64,000 nucleotides of DNA from Armatimonadota bacterium. Its GTDB lineage: Bacteria; Armatimonadota; HRBIN16. The notes below the pieces were generated by a model. That model saw only the letters and a program-made list of their open reading frames with translations. It searched no databases and was not told the origin of the DNA. The stretch is from positions 2,624,001 to 2,688,000 of the forward strand of contig OY781964.1 in the NCBI GenBank assembly GCA_963677485.1, given 5' to 3'. The position numbers and the translations under genes were made by a program. Below, piece by piece: positions 10,491 through 19,695 of this stretch. Each line of letters starts with the position of its first letter. Position 1 is the stretch's first letter.

Positions 10491-10873
10491 ACTGGCTGCC
10501 AGTGATCGGCATGATCTTAGGATTTATGGTGGTGTATGCACTGCCAATTAGTGTACCTGGCGGTGTGGCTGCTTATATCAGCCTCGCCACCCTTTCCGCC
10601 ATGGATACCATGCTGGGCGGTGTTCGCAGCGGCATGGAAGGCAAATTCCATGTAGATGTTTTTGCCAGCGGATTTGTAGTGAATACACTGCTGGCAGCCT
10701 TATTAGCGTATATCGGTGACCAGATAGGTGTGGACCTGTTCCTGGCTGCCGTAGTTGCTTTGGGTGGACGTATGTTCTTGAACCTGTCGCTCATCCGGCG
10801 TTTTTGGTTGACACAGCGTTCGATGGTAAAACAGCAGCGCGAGATGGAGCAGAGTACTCCACCCATGCGCTAA
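10487..10873 (+). CDS. sbp: Small basic protein (DUF1290/Sbp family)
   Basis: Hydrophobic 128 aa; FASGFVVNTLLAALLAYIGDQIGVDLFLAAVV...NLSLIRR; typical DUF881-Sbp-ftsZ context. Confidence 0.85.
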   Translation: MNWLPVIGMILGFMVVYALPISVPGGVAAYISLATLSAMDTMLGGVRSGMEGKFHVDVFASGFVVNTLLAALLAYIGDQIGVDLFLAAVVALGGRMFLNLSLIRRFWLTQRSMVKQQREMEQSTPPMR

Positions 10874-10918
10874 CGAGATGCGAAAACACTTTGAGATGTC
10901 GGAGGACTGGAGATTACC

Positions 10919-12130
10919 ATGACTAAAGATGCCAAGATAACTGTGGTCGGCGTAGGCGGCGGTGGAACAAACGCTGTCAATCGCATGATCGAAGCAGGCC
11001 TGATCGGAGTCGAATTCTGTGTGATGAACTCAGAATTACAGGCTCTGGATAACAGCCCAGCAGAAAAAAAGCTGCAACTGGGACCAGAAACCACCCGCGG
11101 TTTGGGAGCCGGGGGCAACCCTGACACCGGAGCCCGCGCCGCTGAGGAAAGCCGCAGCGAGATCGGTAAGATGCTTGAGGGTTCCCAACTGGTGTTCATC
11201 AGCGCAGGAATGGGCGGAGGCACCGGAACAGGTGCTGCGCCTATGGTGGCCAACATCGCCAGGCAAGCAAAAGCACTGACGGTGGCCGTCGTCACCAAGC
11301 CATTTGCATTTGAGGGTGCCCGCCGTATGAGGTTGGCACTTGAGGGTATTGAAGCTCTGCGCCAGCAGGTTGATGCCATCATCGTCATCCCCAACGAAAG
11401 GCTTCTGACCAACACAGAGAAGCGCACCACCCTTCTGGATGCCTTCCGCATGGCAGACGATATCCTTCTTCAGGGCGTGCAGGGGATTTCGGATATCATC
11501 ACCGTCACCGGTCTGGTGAACGTCGACTTCTGCGACGTGGAAGCGGTCATGAGCAACGCTGGCCCTGCATTGATGGGTATTGGCCGCAGCTCTGGCGACC
11601 ACCGAGCCCGCGAAGCCGCCGAACTGGCAACCCGCAGCCCGTTGATGGAAACCCCAATCGAAGGCGCGCAGCGCATTCTGATCAACATCACATCCAGCCC
11701 AGACTTCGCCCTTCAGGAACTGATGGAAGCGACTGGCGTGGTAGCTGCACTGGCCGATCCGGACAGCCTCATCATTTATGGTCACGTGTTTGATCACGAC
11801 ATGGAAGATGAAGTGAAGATCACGGTGCTGGCCGCAGGTCTGCCTGGCCGTCCAGGTGAACCCGCTCAGCCACAGAGAACTGCCACCAATGACAGCGTCA
11901 TGCCGCAGTTTAATACCCGGCCTACGCAATTTACACCGCAGGCTGCACCTGCTCCGGCACCGGCACCAGTGCCCGCGTCGCAGCCCCAGCCTCAGCAGCC
12001 GCAACCGCGCCCAGCTCCGCAGCCCCAGCCAGTGCAGCCCCGCCCGGCTCCACAGCCTCAGCCTGCTCAGCCTAAGGCCGATTCGGACAGCGATTATGAG
12101 ATACCCGCATTCCTGCAAGGCAAGAAATAA
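10919..12130 (+). CDS. ftsZ: Cell division protein FtsZ
   Basis: GVGGGGTNA, GGGTGTG tubulin signature, NVDFCDV, Pro/Gln-rich linker and C-terminal EIPAFL peptide. Confidence 0.98.
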   Translation: MTKDAKITVVGVGGGGTNAVNRMIEAGLIGVEFCVMNSELQALDNSPAEKKLQLGPETTRGLGAGGNPDTGARAAEESRSEIGKMLEGSQLVFISAGMGGGTGTGAAPMVANIARQAKALTVAVVTKPFAFEGARRMRLALEGIEALRQQVDAIIVIPNERLLTNTEKRTTLLDAFRMADDILLQGVQGISDIITVTGLVNVDFCDVEAVMSNAGPALMGIGRSSGDHRAREAAELATRSPLMETPIEGAQRILINITSSPDFALQELMEATGVVAALADPDSLIIYGHVFDHDMEDEVKITVLAAGLPGRPGEPAQPQRTATNDSVMPQFNTRPTQFTPQAAPAPAPAPVPASQPQPQQPQPRPAPQPQPVQPRPAPQPQPAQPKADSDSDYEIPAFLQGKK

Positions 12131-12153
12131 GCAGCTCCAAAACTCCGCATCTC

Positions 12154-12186
12154 AAGCTCCGTGGACAACATCCACGGAGCTTTGTT
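12154..12186 (+). terminator. Putative intrinsic terminator after ftsZ
   Basis: Perfect 12-bp stem AAGCTCCGTGGA/TCCACGGAGCTT, 5-nt loop, T-rich tail. Confidence 0.7.
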
Positions 12187-12207
12187 ATTGATCCAACAGG
12201 AGGCGTT

Positions 12208-12672
12208 ATGTTAGCATCTGATCTGTTTTTCAACGGAAGCCGATACGCCATCTTCGGCGTGCGATCCCCCGGACGTGCGCACGGCCCCATACTGATAGCC
12301 GCGTTGCGGAAAGCAGGCAAAACGGTGGCAGCCATTGAGCCCGAAGGTACCTTGGTGAAGGGTGCCGAGGTTTACCCCACACTGGCCGCCGCCGGTGCGG
12401 TGGATGGAGTGGTGCTGCTGCCCCCCTCGCCATGGACTGACTCCAGTGCTGAGTGGACGGTGCAGGCATTGCAGCAGTGCCTGCAGAATGGGCTGAGCAG
12501 CGTGTGGATCTACCCCGACGGTAGCGTGCCGCAGGCGGCTGAGTTGGCAAGTCGCCTTGGTTTGGATGCGGTGATTGGGGTTTGCCCCTGCCTGTACATC
12601 GCCGGCGGCGGGTTCCCGCATAACCTGCACCGCTGGATCGTTGGCTGGCACCGGAAGAAGTCAGGAGTGTAG
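12208..12672 (+). CDS. CoA-binding domain protein (YccU-like)
   Basis: YAIFGV...VYPTLAA..VDGVV...VWI...CP pattern; GGAGG RBS upstream. Confidence 0.7.
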   Translation: MLASDLFFNGSRYAIFGVRSPGRAHGPILIAALRKAGKTVAAIEPEGTLVKGAEVYPTLAAAGAVDGVVLLPPSPWTDSSAEWTVQALQQCLQNGLSSVWIYPDGSVPQAAELASRLGLDAVIGVCPCLYIAGGGFPHNLHRWIVGWHRKKSGV

Positions 12673-12679
12673 GAGGGAA

Positions 12680-12980
12680 TCTCTCACGCGGAGACGCGGA
12701 GGACACAGAGTCGGAGGGGTAGGACTCCCCCCATCTGCGACATCTGCGAAATCTGTGTATTTACCAGCCCTTCGCGCCTTTGCGTTAATATACCCACCAT
12801 CCGCGTTCAATCGTGTTTATCCGTGGTTTACTGATCAACATCCACTCGGTCAAAGACCCTTCGCGCCTTCGCGTCTTCGCGTGAGACTTCTCGCCACCGG
12901 TCGTCACCTAATCTGCGTCATCTGTGTAATCTGTGGATGAATTTATCTCATTCGCGTCTTCGCGTCTTCGCGTGAGACCA
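12680..12980. repeat. Cluster of short 8-9-bp-periodic intergenic repeats
   Basis: CTTCGCG(C/T)CTTCGCGTGAGA, ATCTGCG..ATCTG(C/T)G..ATCTGTG and related motifs; the same motifs recur near 22490, 30000-30120, 32400-32550, 48070, 50010 and 58620. Confidence 0.7.
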
Positions 12981-13093
12981 TCAACCTACCTCGCCACGAA
13001 ACGGTTTGTAGGATAATATGAGTATAGGATATTCAGGGTGCGACGGCACCGGCGTTGGTGATCGAAACTAGCACCCACAGGGGAGGCTCGGCG

Positions 13094-14056
13094 ATGGGAT
13101 TTGCACGCGCTTACATCAAGTCGATGCGGCTGTATTACGCCTTCATTACGGGCATAGCGGGCTGGGTCGGGGTCTCCTTCTACCATTGGCTGATGCCTGG
13201 GCATGTGGACTACACCCGCAGCACCATCATCCTGGTGATGCTCTTCCTAAGCTGGGGCATCAACCAGATTTTCAACGACTACCTGGGGTTACCAGAAGAC
13301 CGCATCAACGCGCCAAACCGGCCGATGGTGACCGGTGAGCTGAACGCCAAGCCCGCGTTGTGGCTCTCCTCGGTACTGCTGCTGGGGGTGCTGGCGATAT
13401 CCTACGCCCTCAACCCGCTGTCGATGATTCCTGTGGTCGTCGGCGTGCTGCTGAACATTTTATATGAATACGCCAAGGCCTGGTCGCTGATCGGCAACGT
13501 CGTGTTCGGGCTCTCGATCTCGATGTGTTCGCTCTACGGCTTTTTCGCGGCGGGTCCGACCCCTGATCCCATCTTCACCCCAAACCGCGTCAGCGTACTG
13601 ATCCTGGTAGCCTTGCTGAATGGACTGATGACCTATTTCACCTACTTCAAAGACTACTACGGTGACAAATCCGCCGGCAAGCGCACCTTCATCGTGAAGC
13701 ACGGTCTGAAGATAGCCCGCAAAGTGGGCGTGATCGGCGCTTTCCTGCCGACGGTGACTTTCCTGTTGATGGTCTCCTTTGGCATGATGGCGGCCAAAGA
13801 TATCCTGTATATGCACCAATTTGTGTATTGCGGCTTGATGACCCTGTTCCTGCAGGTCTGGACGGCGGTATTATACTATCGCAGCCCGGTGGGCGAGCCG
13901 ACCTACTTCAGCCTGGTCACGAACATCCGTGCGTGTGTGGCGGGGATGGTCACCTTGATCGCTATCTTCAACGGTACGCTGGCGCTGTATCTTCTCTCCG
14001 CGAGCTACATCTTCATCGGGTTCCTGTTCGACCTGTATAAGGACGCGAAGTCATGA
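13094..14056 (+). CDS. UbiA superfamily prenyltransferase
   Basis: Multiple TM helices; NDYLGLPEDRINAPNRPMVTG and FKDYYGD Asp-rich motifs; GGGAGG RBS before ATG 13094. Confidence 0.88.
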   Translation: MGFARAYIKSMRLYYAFITGIAGWVGVSFYHWLMPGHVDYTRSTIILVMLFLSWGINQIFNDYLGLPEDRINAPNRPMVTGELNAKPALWLSSVLLLGVLAISYALNPLSMIPVVVGVLLNILYEYAKAWSLIGNVVFGLSISMCSLYGFFAAGPTPDPIFTPNRVSVLILVALLNGLMTYFTYFKDYYGDKSAGKRTFIVKHGLKIARKVGVIGAFLPTVTFLLMVSFGMMAAKDILYMHQFVYCGLMTLFLQVWTAVLYYRSPVGEPTYFSLVTNIRACVAGMVTLIAIFNGTLALYLLSASYIFIGFLFDLYKDAKS

Positions 14057-15336
14057 GCCATTACGTCACAGGCATCAAGAAGCAACTGATCTACGCCGCC
14101 ATCGCGCTGACGGTGGCGGTGAGATACGCTCTGCGGCCCAAGCTGTTCGGATGGTCGCCTGTGGCGTATGCGCGGTTCCTCACTCGGGCGTCAGTGCTGC
14201 TGCTTGCGTTCCGCCACAACAAGCTCGTACGGGTTCGCACAGGCTCCAAGCTGCACCTCTATCTGCCGGCGTTCCCCACCCCCGCATTCTTTTATGCGAT
14301 TGAGAGTAAATTGATCCGCACCCCCGCCCGAGCCACCACCGTGGTTTACTCGATGACCAAAGCGTGCAGCTACCACTGCGAGCACTGCTATCAGCGCAGG
14401 GATGGCGGTCCAGACCTGGACGAAGAGCTGCTGCTGAGCACTGCGAAGACCATTCAAGAGAACGGCGTGGCGTTGTTCGACATCGAGGGCGGTGAGCCGC
14501 TTGCACGCTACGACCGTCTGTTGCGGCTGGTTCAGGCGCTTGACAGCCGATCGGAGATATGGATCAACACCGTCGGGGCCGGTCTGACAACCGAAATGCT
14601 GACCGAGTTAAAAGGGGCCGGGCTGTTCGGGCTGATGGTCTCTGTGCACTCGCCAGATTCCTCCATACACGATGCCTTTACTGGCGTTCCTGGTTCCTTT
14701 GATGTGGCCTGCCAGGCGTTACGGCTCTGCCGTGAGACCGGCGTCGCCAGCAGCGTGAACTGCGTGCTTTCGGAGGCTGATGTGCGCAGCGGTGGACTCT
14801 CCAGGCTGATGGATATGGCCAAGGAGCTGGAGGCCGATTATGTTCAGTTGATCCACCCCAAACCGGCAGGCAAGTGGCTGGGTAAGCAGACCGAGATGCT
14901 GCTGGACCCCGAGCTCATCGCGTTGATCCGTCAGGAGCATATACGCTACAACAGCTCTGCGATGCACGACTACCCCTCACTCGCGGCGCAGGTTTTCGAG
15001 GAGTCTGAGACGATGCTGGGATGCACCTGCGGCGGCATCGACCGGTTCTACGTGAACGCCACGGGAGAGGTGCAGCCCTGCGAGTTCCTGAACCTGTCGT
15101 TTGGTAACGTGCAGGATGAGCCGTTTGATGACATCTACCACCGTATGAGAGAGTATTTCCAGACACCCGGCTGCAACTGGCTCTGCTGCACGCAGGCGCA
15201 GGCGATCGATGAACTGTTCCGACAGAACGGCTTGACCCGCACGCCGCTGACCCCTGAGATCACGCTGCAACTGATGCAGAACCTCGACCCAGGTCAGCCG
15301 ACGCCGTTATACAAAAAGCTGGGCATCTATAAGTGA
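14053..15336 (+). CDS. Radical SAM protein with SPASM/twitch-like C-terminus
   Basis: CSYHCEHC motif, GGEP, C-terminal CTCGG...GEVQPCEF...CNWLCC. Confidence 0.92.
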   Translation: MSHYVTGIKKQLIYAAIALTVAVRYALRPKLFGWSPVAYARFLTRASVLLLAFRHNKLVRVRTGSKLHLYLPAFPTPAFFYAIESKLIRTPARATTVVYSMTKACSYHCEHCYQRRDGGPDLDEELLLSTAKTIQENGVALFDIEGGEPLARYDRLLRLVQALDSRSEIWINTVGAGLTTEMLTELKGAGLFGLMVSVHSPDSSIHDAFTGVPGSFDVACQALRLCRETGVASSVNCVLSEADVRSGGLSRLMDMAKELEADYVQLIHPKPAGKWLGKQTEMLLDPELIALIRQEHIRYNSSAMHDYPSLAAQVFEESETMLGCTCGGIDRFYVNATGEVQPCEFLNLSFGNVQDEPFDDIYHRMREYFQTPGCNWLCCTQAQAIDELFRQNGLTRTPLTPEITLQLMQNLDPGQPTPLYKKLGIYK

Positions 15337-16250
15337 GTTATTTGTTGATCATGAACCCCGGCTCACGCTCCGGCAAGGGCCAACGACTGTGGCAGCACTG
15401 GGAAACCGCACTGCAGGCGGCTGGGGCTGATTATACCTGCTCTTATACAAAGGGCATCGGCCATGCGGTAAGCCTGGCGCGCGAATCCCAGGCCAGCACA
15501 GTGGTGGCGGTCGGCGGAGACGGCACCATCAACGAGGTGCTGGATGGAGTGATGCAATCGGGTAACCCGGAGCTTCAGATGGGGGTGCTCTATTCGGGTA
15601 CCAGTCCCGACTTCTGCCGGTTTCATGGCATCCCTATCGAGCCTCAGAAGGCGGTGGCGGCACTGCTCGTTGGCCATGTCCGAAAAGTCGATGTGGCGCG
15701 GATCGAGTACCACGACGTGGAAGGCAAGGCGGTGACCGCCCATTTTGGGTGTAGTTGCAACATCGGGATGGGTGCGTCGGTGGCCCGATATGCCAACATG
15801 TGGCGCCGTTATCTCGGCGATATTCTGGGTACAGGCGCGGGGGTGATCCGCACCATCGCCACGAATGCCCGACTGGATACCGAGCTGGAGATCGATGATG
15901 TGCCGCAGCAACTGTCGGCCGTCAACCACCTGACTGTCGCCAAGAACCCCTATATCGCCTCCGGGCTGAAGGTCGATGTCGATCTCAAGCCAGATGACGG
16001 GAAGCTGGTGCTGATCGGCATCCATGGCAAGAGCCGCCTCGGCATACTCGCCATGGTGCCCAGCTTTTACTCCGGTTCCGTGGCGAACGTCAGAGGGGTG
16101 ATCCTCACCGAGGCGCATACAGTATGCATCCGCGCCAAGGGCGCGCAGGAGATCGAGTTTGACGGTGACCCGCGCGGCTACCTGCCCGCTCAGATCACGC
16201 TGCTCCCCAAAGCTCTGAGCTTAATAGGAGGCCAGGATGAACGAAGCTGA
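15333..16250 (+). CDS. Diacylglycerol/sphingosine kinase family lipid kinase
   Basis: MNPGSRSG, GGDGTINEV, DDGKL and EFDGD motifs. Confidence 0.88.
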   Translation: MSYLLIMNPGSRSGKGQRLWQHWETALQAAGADYTCSYTKGIGHAVSLARESQASTVVAVGGDGTINEVLDGVMQSGNPELQMGVLYSGTSPDFCRFHGIPIEPQKAVAALLVGHVRKVDVARIEYHDVEGKAVTAHFGCSCNIGMGASVARYANMWRRYLGDILGTGAGVIRTIATNARLDTELEIDDVPQQLSAVNHLTVAKNPYIASGLKVDVDLKPDDGKLVLIGIHGKSRLGILAMVPSFYSGSVANVRGVILTEAHTVCIRAKGAQEIEFDGDPRGYLPAQITLLPKALSLIGGQDERS

Positions 16251-17220
16251 GATCATCCGCTGTTTTTCGTCCGCGTTTACCCGCAGCCCACTGCAGCGCA
16301 ACGGCCTGTTCGAGTGCGATGCGGAGATCATCAGTATCGGCGATCAGCTTTGGGCACTCACCATGGACGAGTTCACGCCCGATGAGGACCTGTTCAGCTC
16401 CGAATTCCCGCAAACACTCGGGGCGAACCTGGCGGTGGCAACCATCAGCGACTTGCTCGCGGCCGGGGCCACGCCGACCTGGTTTATGCACGCCGTTTCG
16501 CTGCCGAAGTCGGTAGATAATAACTTCGTGGCGGGCCTCGCAGAGGGTATCCGCCGCGTATTGAAACAGGCAAGCTGCCAGCTCTGCGGCGGCGATATCG
16601 GCTGTGCGGAAACCTGGCGGTATTGCGGACATGCGATGGGTCCAGTGCCAGGCAACCGACCGCTGACGCGGGTGCTGCCCCGCACACAGCAAAAGCTGTG
16701 GGTGACTGGTCAGCTAGGCGATGCCAACCTGGCGGCGCTTTCGGGTTCGCCAACCCCCAGCTTCGAGTTGCGGTTGGCCGAATCCCTGGCGTTCCGGGAG
16801 CTGGCGACCGGCTGCATTGACACCAGCGGAGGCTTCTTTGATGCGCTGTGGACACTGCACTCGTTGAACCCCTCTTTAGAAATGGAGATCGAGCTCGACG
16901 CCTTGCCCCTGGCTTCAGGGCTCGTTGAGGCATCCCATGCCCTCGGGTTTCCCGCTGACGCAGCCCTGCTGGGAGGTGCTGGAGAATACGAGCTGCTGTT
17001 CGCATTGCCCTCGAAGCTCACACCGCCAGAGGGTGTGGCGACCTGCGTCGGCACCATAAGGCCTGATGGCGAAGCTGGGATCCGCCTCAACCGCGAAGGC
17101 GCCCTGCTCAGCGAAATGGACACACCGCCACCCTGCCCGCGCGATGCCGCCACGGTGGCCCAACACGTCCAAGAGGTGATGCAGATGGCGCATCGGCTGT
17201 TCGGGAAGGTCGCCAGATGA
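16237..17220 (+). CDS. ThiL/AIR-synthase-related (PurM superfamily) protein
   Basis: TISDLLAAGATP, LCGGD, VTGQLG, CIDTSGG and GEYELLF motifs; divergent from canonical ThiL. Confidence 0.75.
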   Translation: MNEAEIIRCFSSAFTRSPLQRNGLFECDAEIISIGDQLWALTMDEFTPDEDLFSSEFPQTLGANLAVATISDLLAAGATPTWFMHAVSLPKSVDNNFVAGLAEGIRRVLKQASCQLCGGDIGCAETWRYCGHAMGPVPGNRPLTRVLPRTQQKLWVTGQLGDANLAALSGSPTPSFELRLAESLAFRELATGCIDTSGGFFDALWTLHSLNPSLEMEIELDALPLASGLVEASHALGFPADAALLGGAGEYELLFALPSKLTPPEGVATCVGTIRPDGEAGIRLNREGALLSEMDTPPPCPRDAATVAQHVQEVMQMAHRLFGKVAR

Positions 17221-18449
17221 TGGAGCCACAGCAGACGCTCTTCTCGGAGCTGAAGCTCCAACACATCACCCTGCCCAACCGGCTGGTGAGGTCTGCCACC
17301 TACGAAGGGCTGGCCGAAGCCGATGGAACCCCAAAACCGGAACTGGCGGAACTCTACTGCGATCTGGCGCGTGGCGGCGTGGGCACCATCATCACCGGCT
17401 TCGTCTATACCTCGCAGCAGGGGCGCGCGATGCACCCGGCTCAGTGCGGCATCGACTGCGACGCGAAAATCATCCCATGGCGTCAGATCGTGAAGCGCGT
17501 CCGGGCGGCCAACCCCAGCACGAAACTGATCATGCAGCTCGCGCATACCGGTCGGCAAACCCAGGCGCAGGTCACCGGTCAGCCTGTAGTCGGTGCCTCC
17601 TCACGAGCTTGCAGTTATTTCCGGCAGCGTGTCCGCACGCTGGACGAGAAAGCCATAATGGGCATCATTCAAGAGTTCGCCGAGGACGCCTGTCGCGCCA
17701 AGCAGGCCGGATTCGACGGCGTGCAGATACACGCGGCACATGGCTACCTCATCCACCAGTTCCTTTCACCCTGGACCAACAACCGCAAAGACCGCTGGTC
17801 CGATCGCCCCCTGCTGCTGGAGAAGGTCATCACTGCGGTGCTGGAAGCCTGCGGTGAGCAGTTCCCCATCCTGCTGAAGCTGAGTTCGTCCGAGGACCGC
17901 TCACCGGGTATCCGAGTGGAGCAGACCATCGAGACAATCCAGCGGCTTAAGGCACTCCACATCGACGCGGTGGAGATCAGCTATGGCACGATGGAGTATG
18001 CGTTGAATATCATCCGCGGCGACGTGCCTGTGGCTGCGGTGCTGAAGGTCAACCCGATGTTCCGCCGCGTGCCGAAATTGATCCAGGGCCTGTGGAAGAG
18101 ATACTGCGCGCCGGCTTACATCCGCAAGTTCATCCCCTTCACGGAAAACTACAACCTGCAGGATGCTCTGCGCATCCGCACCGAAACGGGAATGCCCGTA
18201 CTGGCGGTCGGCGGGATCAGGTCACTCGAGAGTATGATCAGCATGGTGGGGGAGATGGGCATTGATGCCGTCTCGCTGTGTCGCCCGCTGATCTACGAAC
18301 CCGATCTGCCAAACCGGATACTGGACGGCCGCTTCACACGCTCCCAATGCACCAACTGCAATCTGTGTGCCATCTATTGCGACAGCCGGCAGCCGCTGCG
18401 CTGCCATCGACAGAAAAGGACAGGTCAAAGCGTTGAAAGAGACAAATGA
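17217..18449 (+). CDS. NADH:flavin oxidoreductase (old yellow enzyme family)
   Basis: LPNRLVRSATYE, MQLAHTGRQ, GFDGVQIHAAHGYLIHQFLSP..N.R.D and C-terminal CTNCNLC motifs. Confidence 0.92.
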   Translation: MMEPQQTLFSELKLQHITLPNRLVRSATYEGLAEADGTPKPELAELYCDLARGGVGTIITGFVYTSQQGRAMHPAQCGIDCDAKIIPWRQIVKRVRAANPSTKLIMQLAHTGRQTQAQVTGQPVVGASSRACSYFRQRVRTLDEKAIMGIIQEFAEDACRAKQAGFDGVQIHAAHGYLIHQFLSPWTNNRKDRWSDRPLLLEKVITAVLEACGEQFPILLKLSSSEDRSPGIRVEQTIETIQRLKALHIDAVEISYGTMEYALNIIRGDVPVAAVLKVNPMFRRVPKLIQGLWKRYCAPAYIRKFIPFTENYNLQDALRIRTETGMPVLAVGGIRSLESMISMVGEMGIDAVSLCRPLIYEPDLPNRILDGRFTRSQCTNCNLCAIYCDSRQPLRCHRQKRTGQSVERDK

Positions 18450-19695
18450 ACCCTCCGGACAGTTCGAAAACTACCTGCCGACAGACGGCCAGGCTGACAT
18501 CTTTGCGAAGGTAGATGCCGTCGCCGACTACCTGGAGGCACACCACTCGGATTATACCGAGGGGCTGGGCATTCAGATGCTGGGCCCGATTGGCCCCAGG
18601 ACGATGGTGCGTGAGCCCAATGGTGATGCCCATGAGGTGATCATGCTTGGCTCAAACTCCTATCTGTCACTCACCACCCATCCGGCTGTGGTGGCGGCGT
18701 CGAAGGCCGCGGTCGACCGATACGGCTACGGCATGGGTGCGGTCTCGCTCTACGCGGGCACCACCGATCTGCATAAGGAGCTGGAGCACTCCATCGCCGC
18801 GTTCTACGGCACCGAAGATGCCATCATCATCCCGTGTGGTTACTCCGCCAACGTGGGCGTGATAGCCAGCCTTTGCGGTCCGGGTGATGTGATCATCTGC
18901 GATGCGTATAACCACGCCTCCATTTTCGACGGCTGCAAGTTGTCGGGGGCCACGGTGAAGATATACCTGCACCGCAACATGAAACACCTGGAGAAGATAC
19001 TCAGGTCGCTGCCGGAGTCGCAAGCAGGCCGGCTGATCATCACCGACGGGGTGTTTTCCATGGATGGCGACCTGGCCACACTGGATGAGATCACCGCGTT
19101 GGCGGAGAAATACGGCGCGCGGGTGATGGTGGATGATGCCCATGGTGTTGGGGTGGTGGGACCCACCGGGCGCGGAAGTGCGGAGGCGCACGGCTGCCTT
19201 CAGAAGATAGACATTAACCTGGGCACGCTCAGCAAAACCCCGGGCGCGCTGGGCGGTTACGTGGCGGGCAGTGCGCGGTTGATACAGTATCTGCGGCTGT
19301 ATACCCGCACCTATTTCTTTTCCACCAGCCTGCCGCCATCGGTGGTGGGCGGTCTGGTGGAGGTGTTCAAGATGCTTCAGGCGGACACGGCAGGCCGCGA
19401 CAGGCTCTGGCACAATGTGCGCTACATGCTCAGCTCCCTGAAGGCGATGGGCTTTGACACCGGCGATTCGCAGTCGGCGATCATCCCCATCATGGTGGGC
19501 GATGAGGATATCCTGGGCAAGTTCAACAACGAGCTGCGCCGGCGTGGGGTTTACACCAATGTGGTCACCTACCCGGCGGTGCGGCGCAAGGAGTGCCGGC
19601 TGCGGCTGTGTATCATGAACTCGCTGACTCAGGCGGATATGGACGAGGCACTGGCGATCATGCAGCAACTCGGCCATAAATACGGGCTGATCTAG
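18433..19695 (+). CDS. PLP-dependent alpha-oxoamine synthase (BioF/Kbl/serine palmitoyltransferase family)
   Basis: GSNSYL, NHASIFDG, DGVFSMDGD, DDAHG and GTLSK motifs; start uncertain (TTG 18433 after AAAGGA). Confidence 0.9.
   Translation: MKETNEPSGQFENYLPTDGQADIFAKVDAVADYLEAHHSDYTEGLGIQMLGPIGPRTMVREPNGDAHEVIMLGSNSYLSLTTHPAVVAASKAAVDRYGYGMGAVSLYAGTTDLHKELEHSIAAFYGTEDAIIIPCGYSANVGVIASLCGPGDVIICDAYNHASIFDGCKLSGATVKIYLHRNMKHLEKILRSLPESQAGRLIITDGVFSMDGDLATLDEITALAEKYGARVMVDDAHGVGVVGPTGRGSAEAHGCLQKIDINLGTLSKTPGALGGYVAGSARLIQYLRLYTRTYFFSTSLPPSVVGGLVEVFKMLQADTAGRDRLWHNVRYMLSSLKAMGFDTGDSQSAIIPIMVGDEDILGKFNNELRRRGVYTNVVTYPAVRRKECRLRLCIMNSLTQADMDEALAIMQQLGHKYGLI

Noticed and set aside
11930-12075. 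CAGCC-rich repeats as a separate repeat element
   Set aside because: They encode the Pro/Gln-rich FtsZ linker.
18433-19695. Calling the oxoamine synthase bioF and the PurM-like gene thiL
   Set aside because: No other biotin or thiamine genes are nearby, and the motifs do not distinguish subfamilies by eye.
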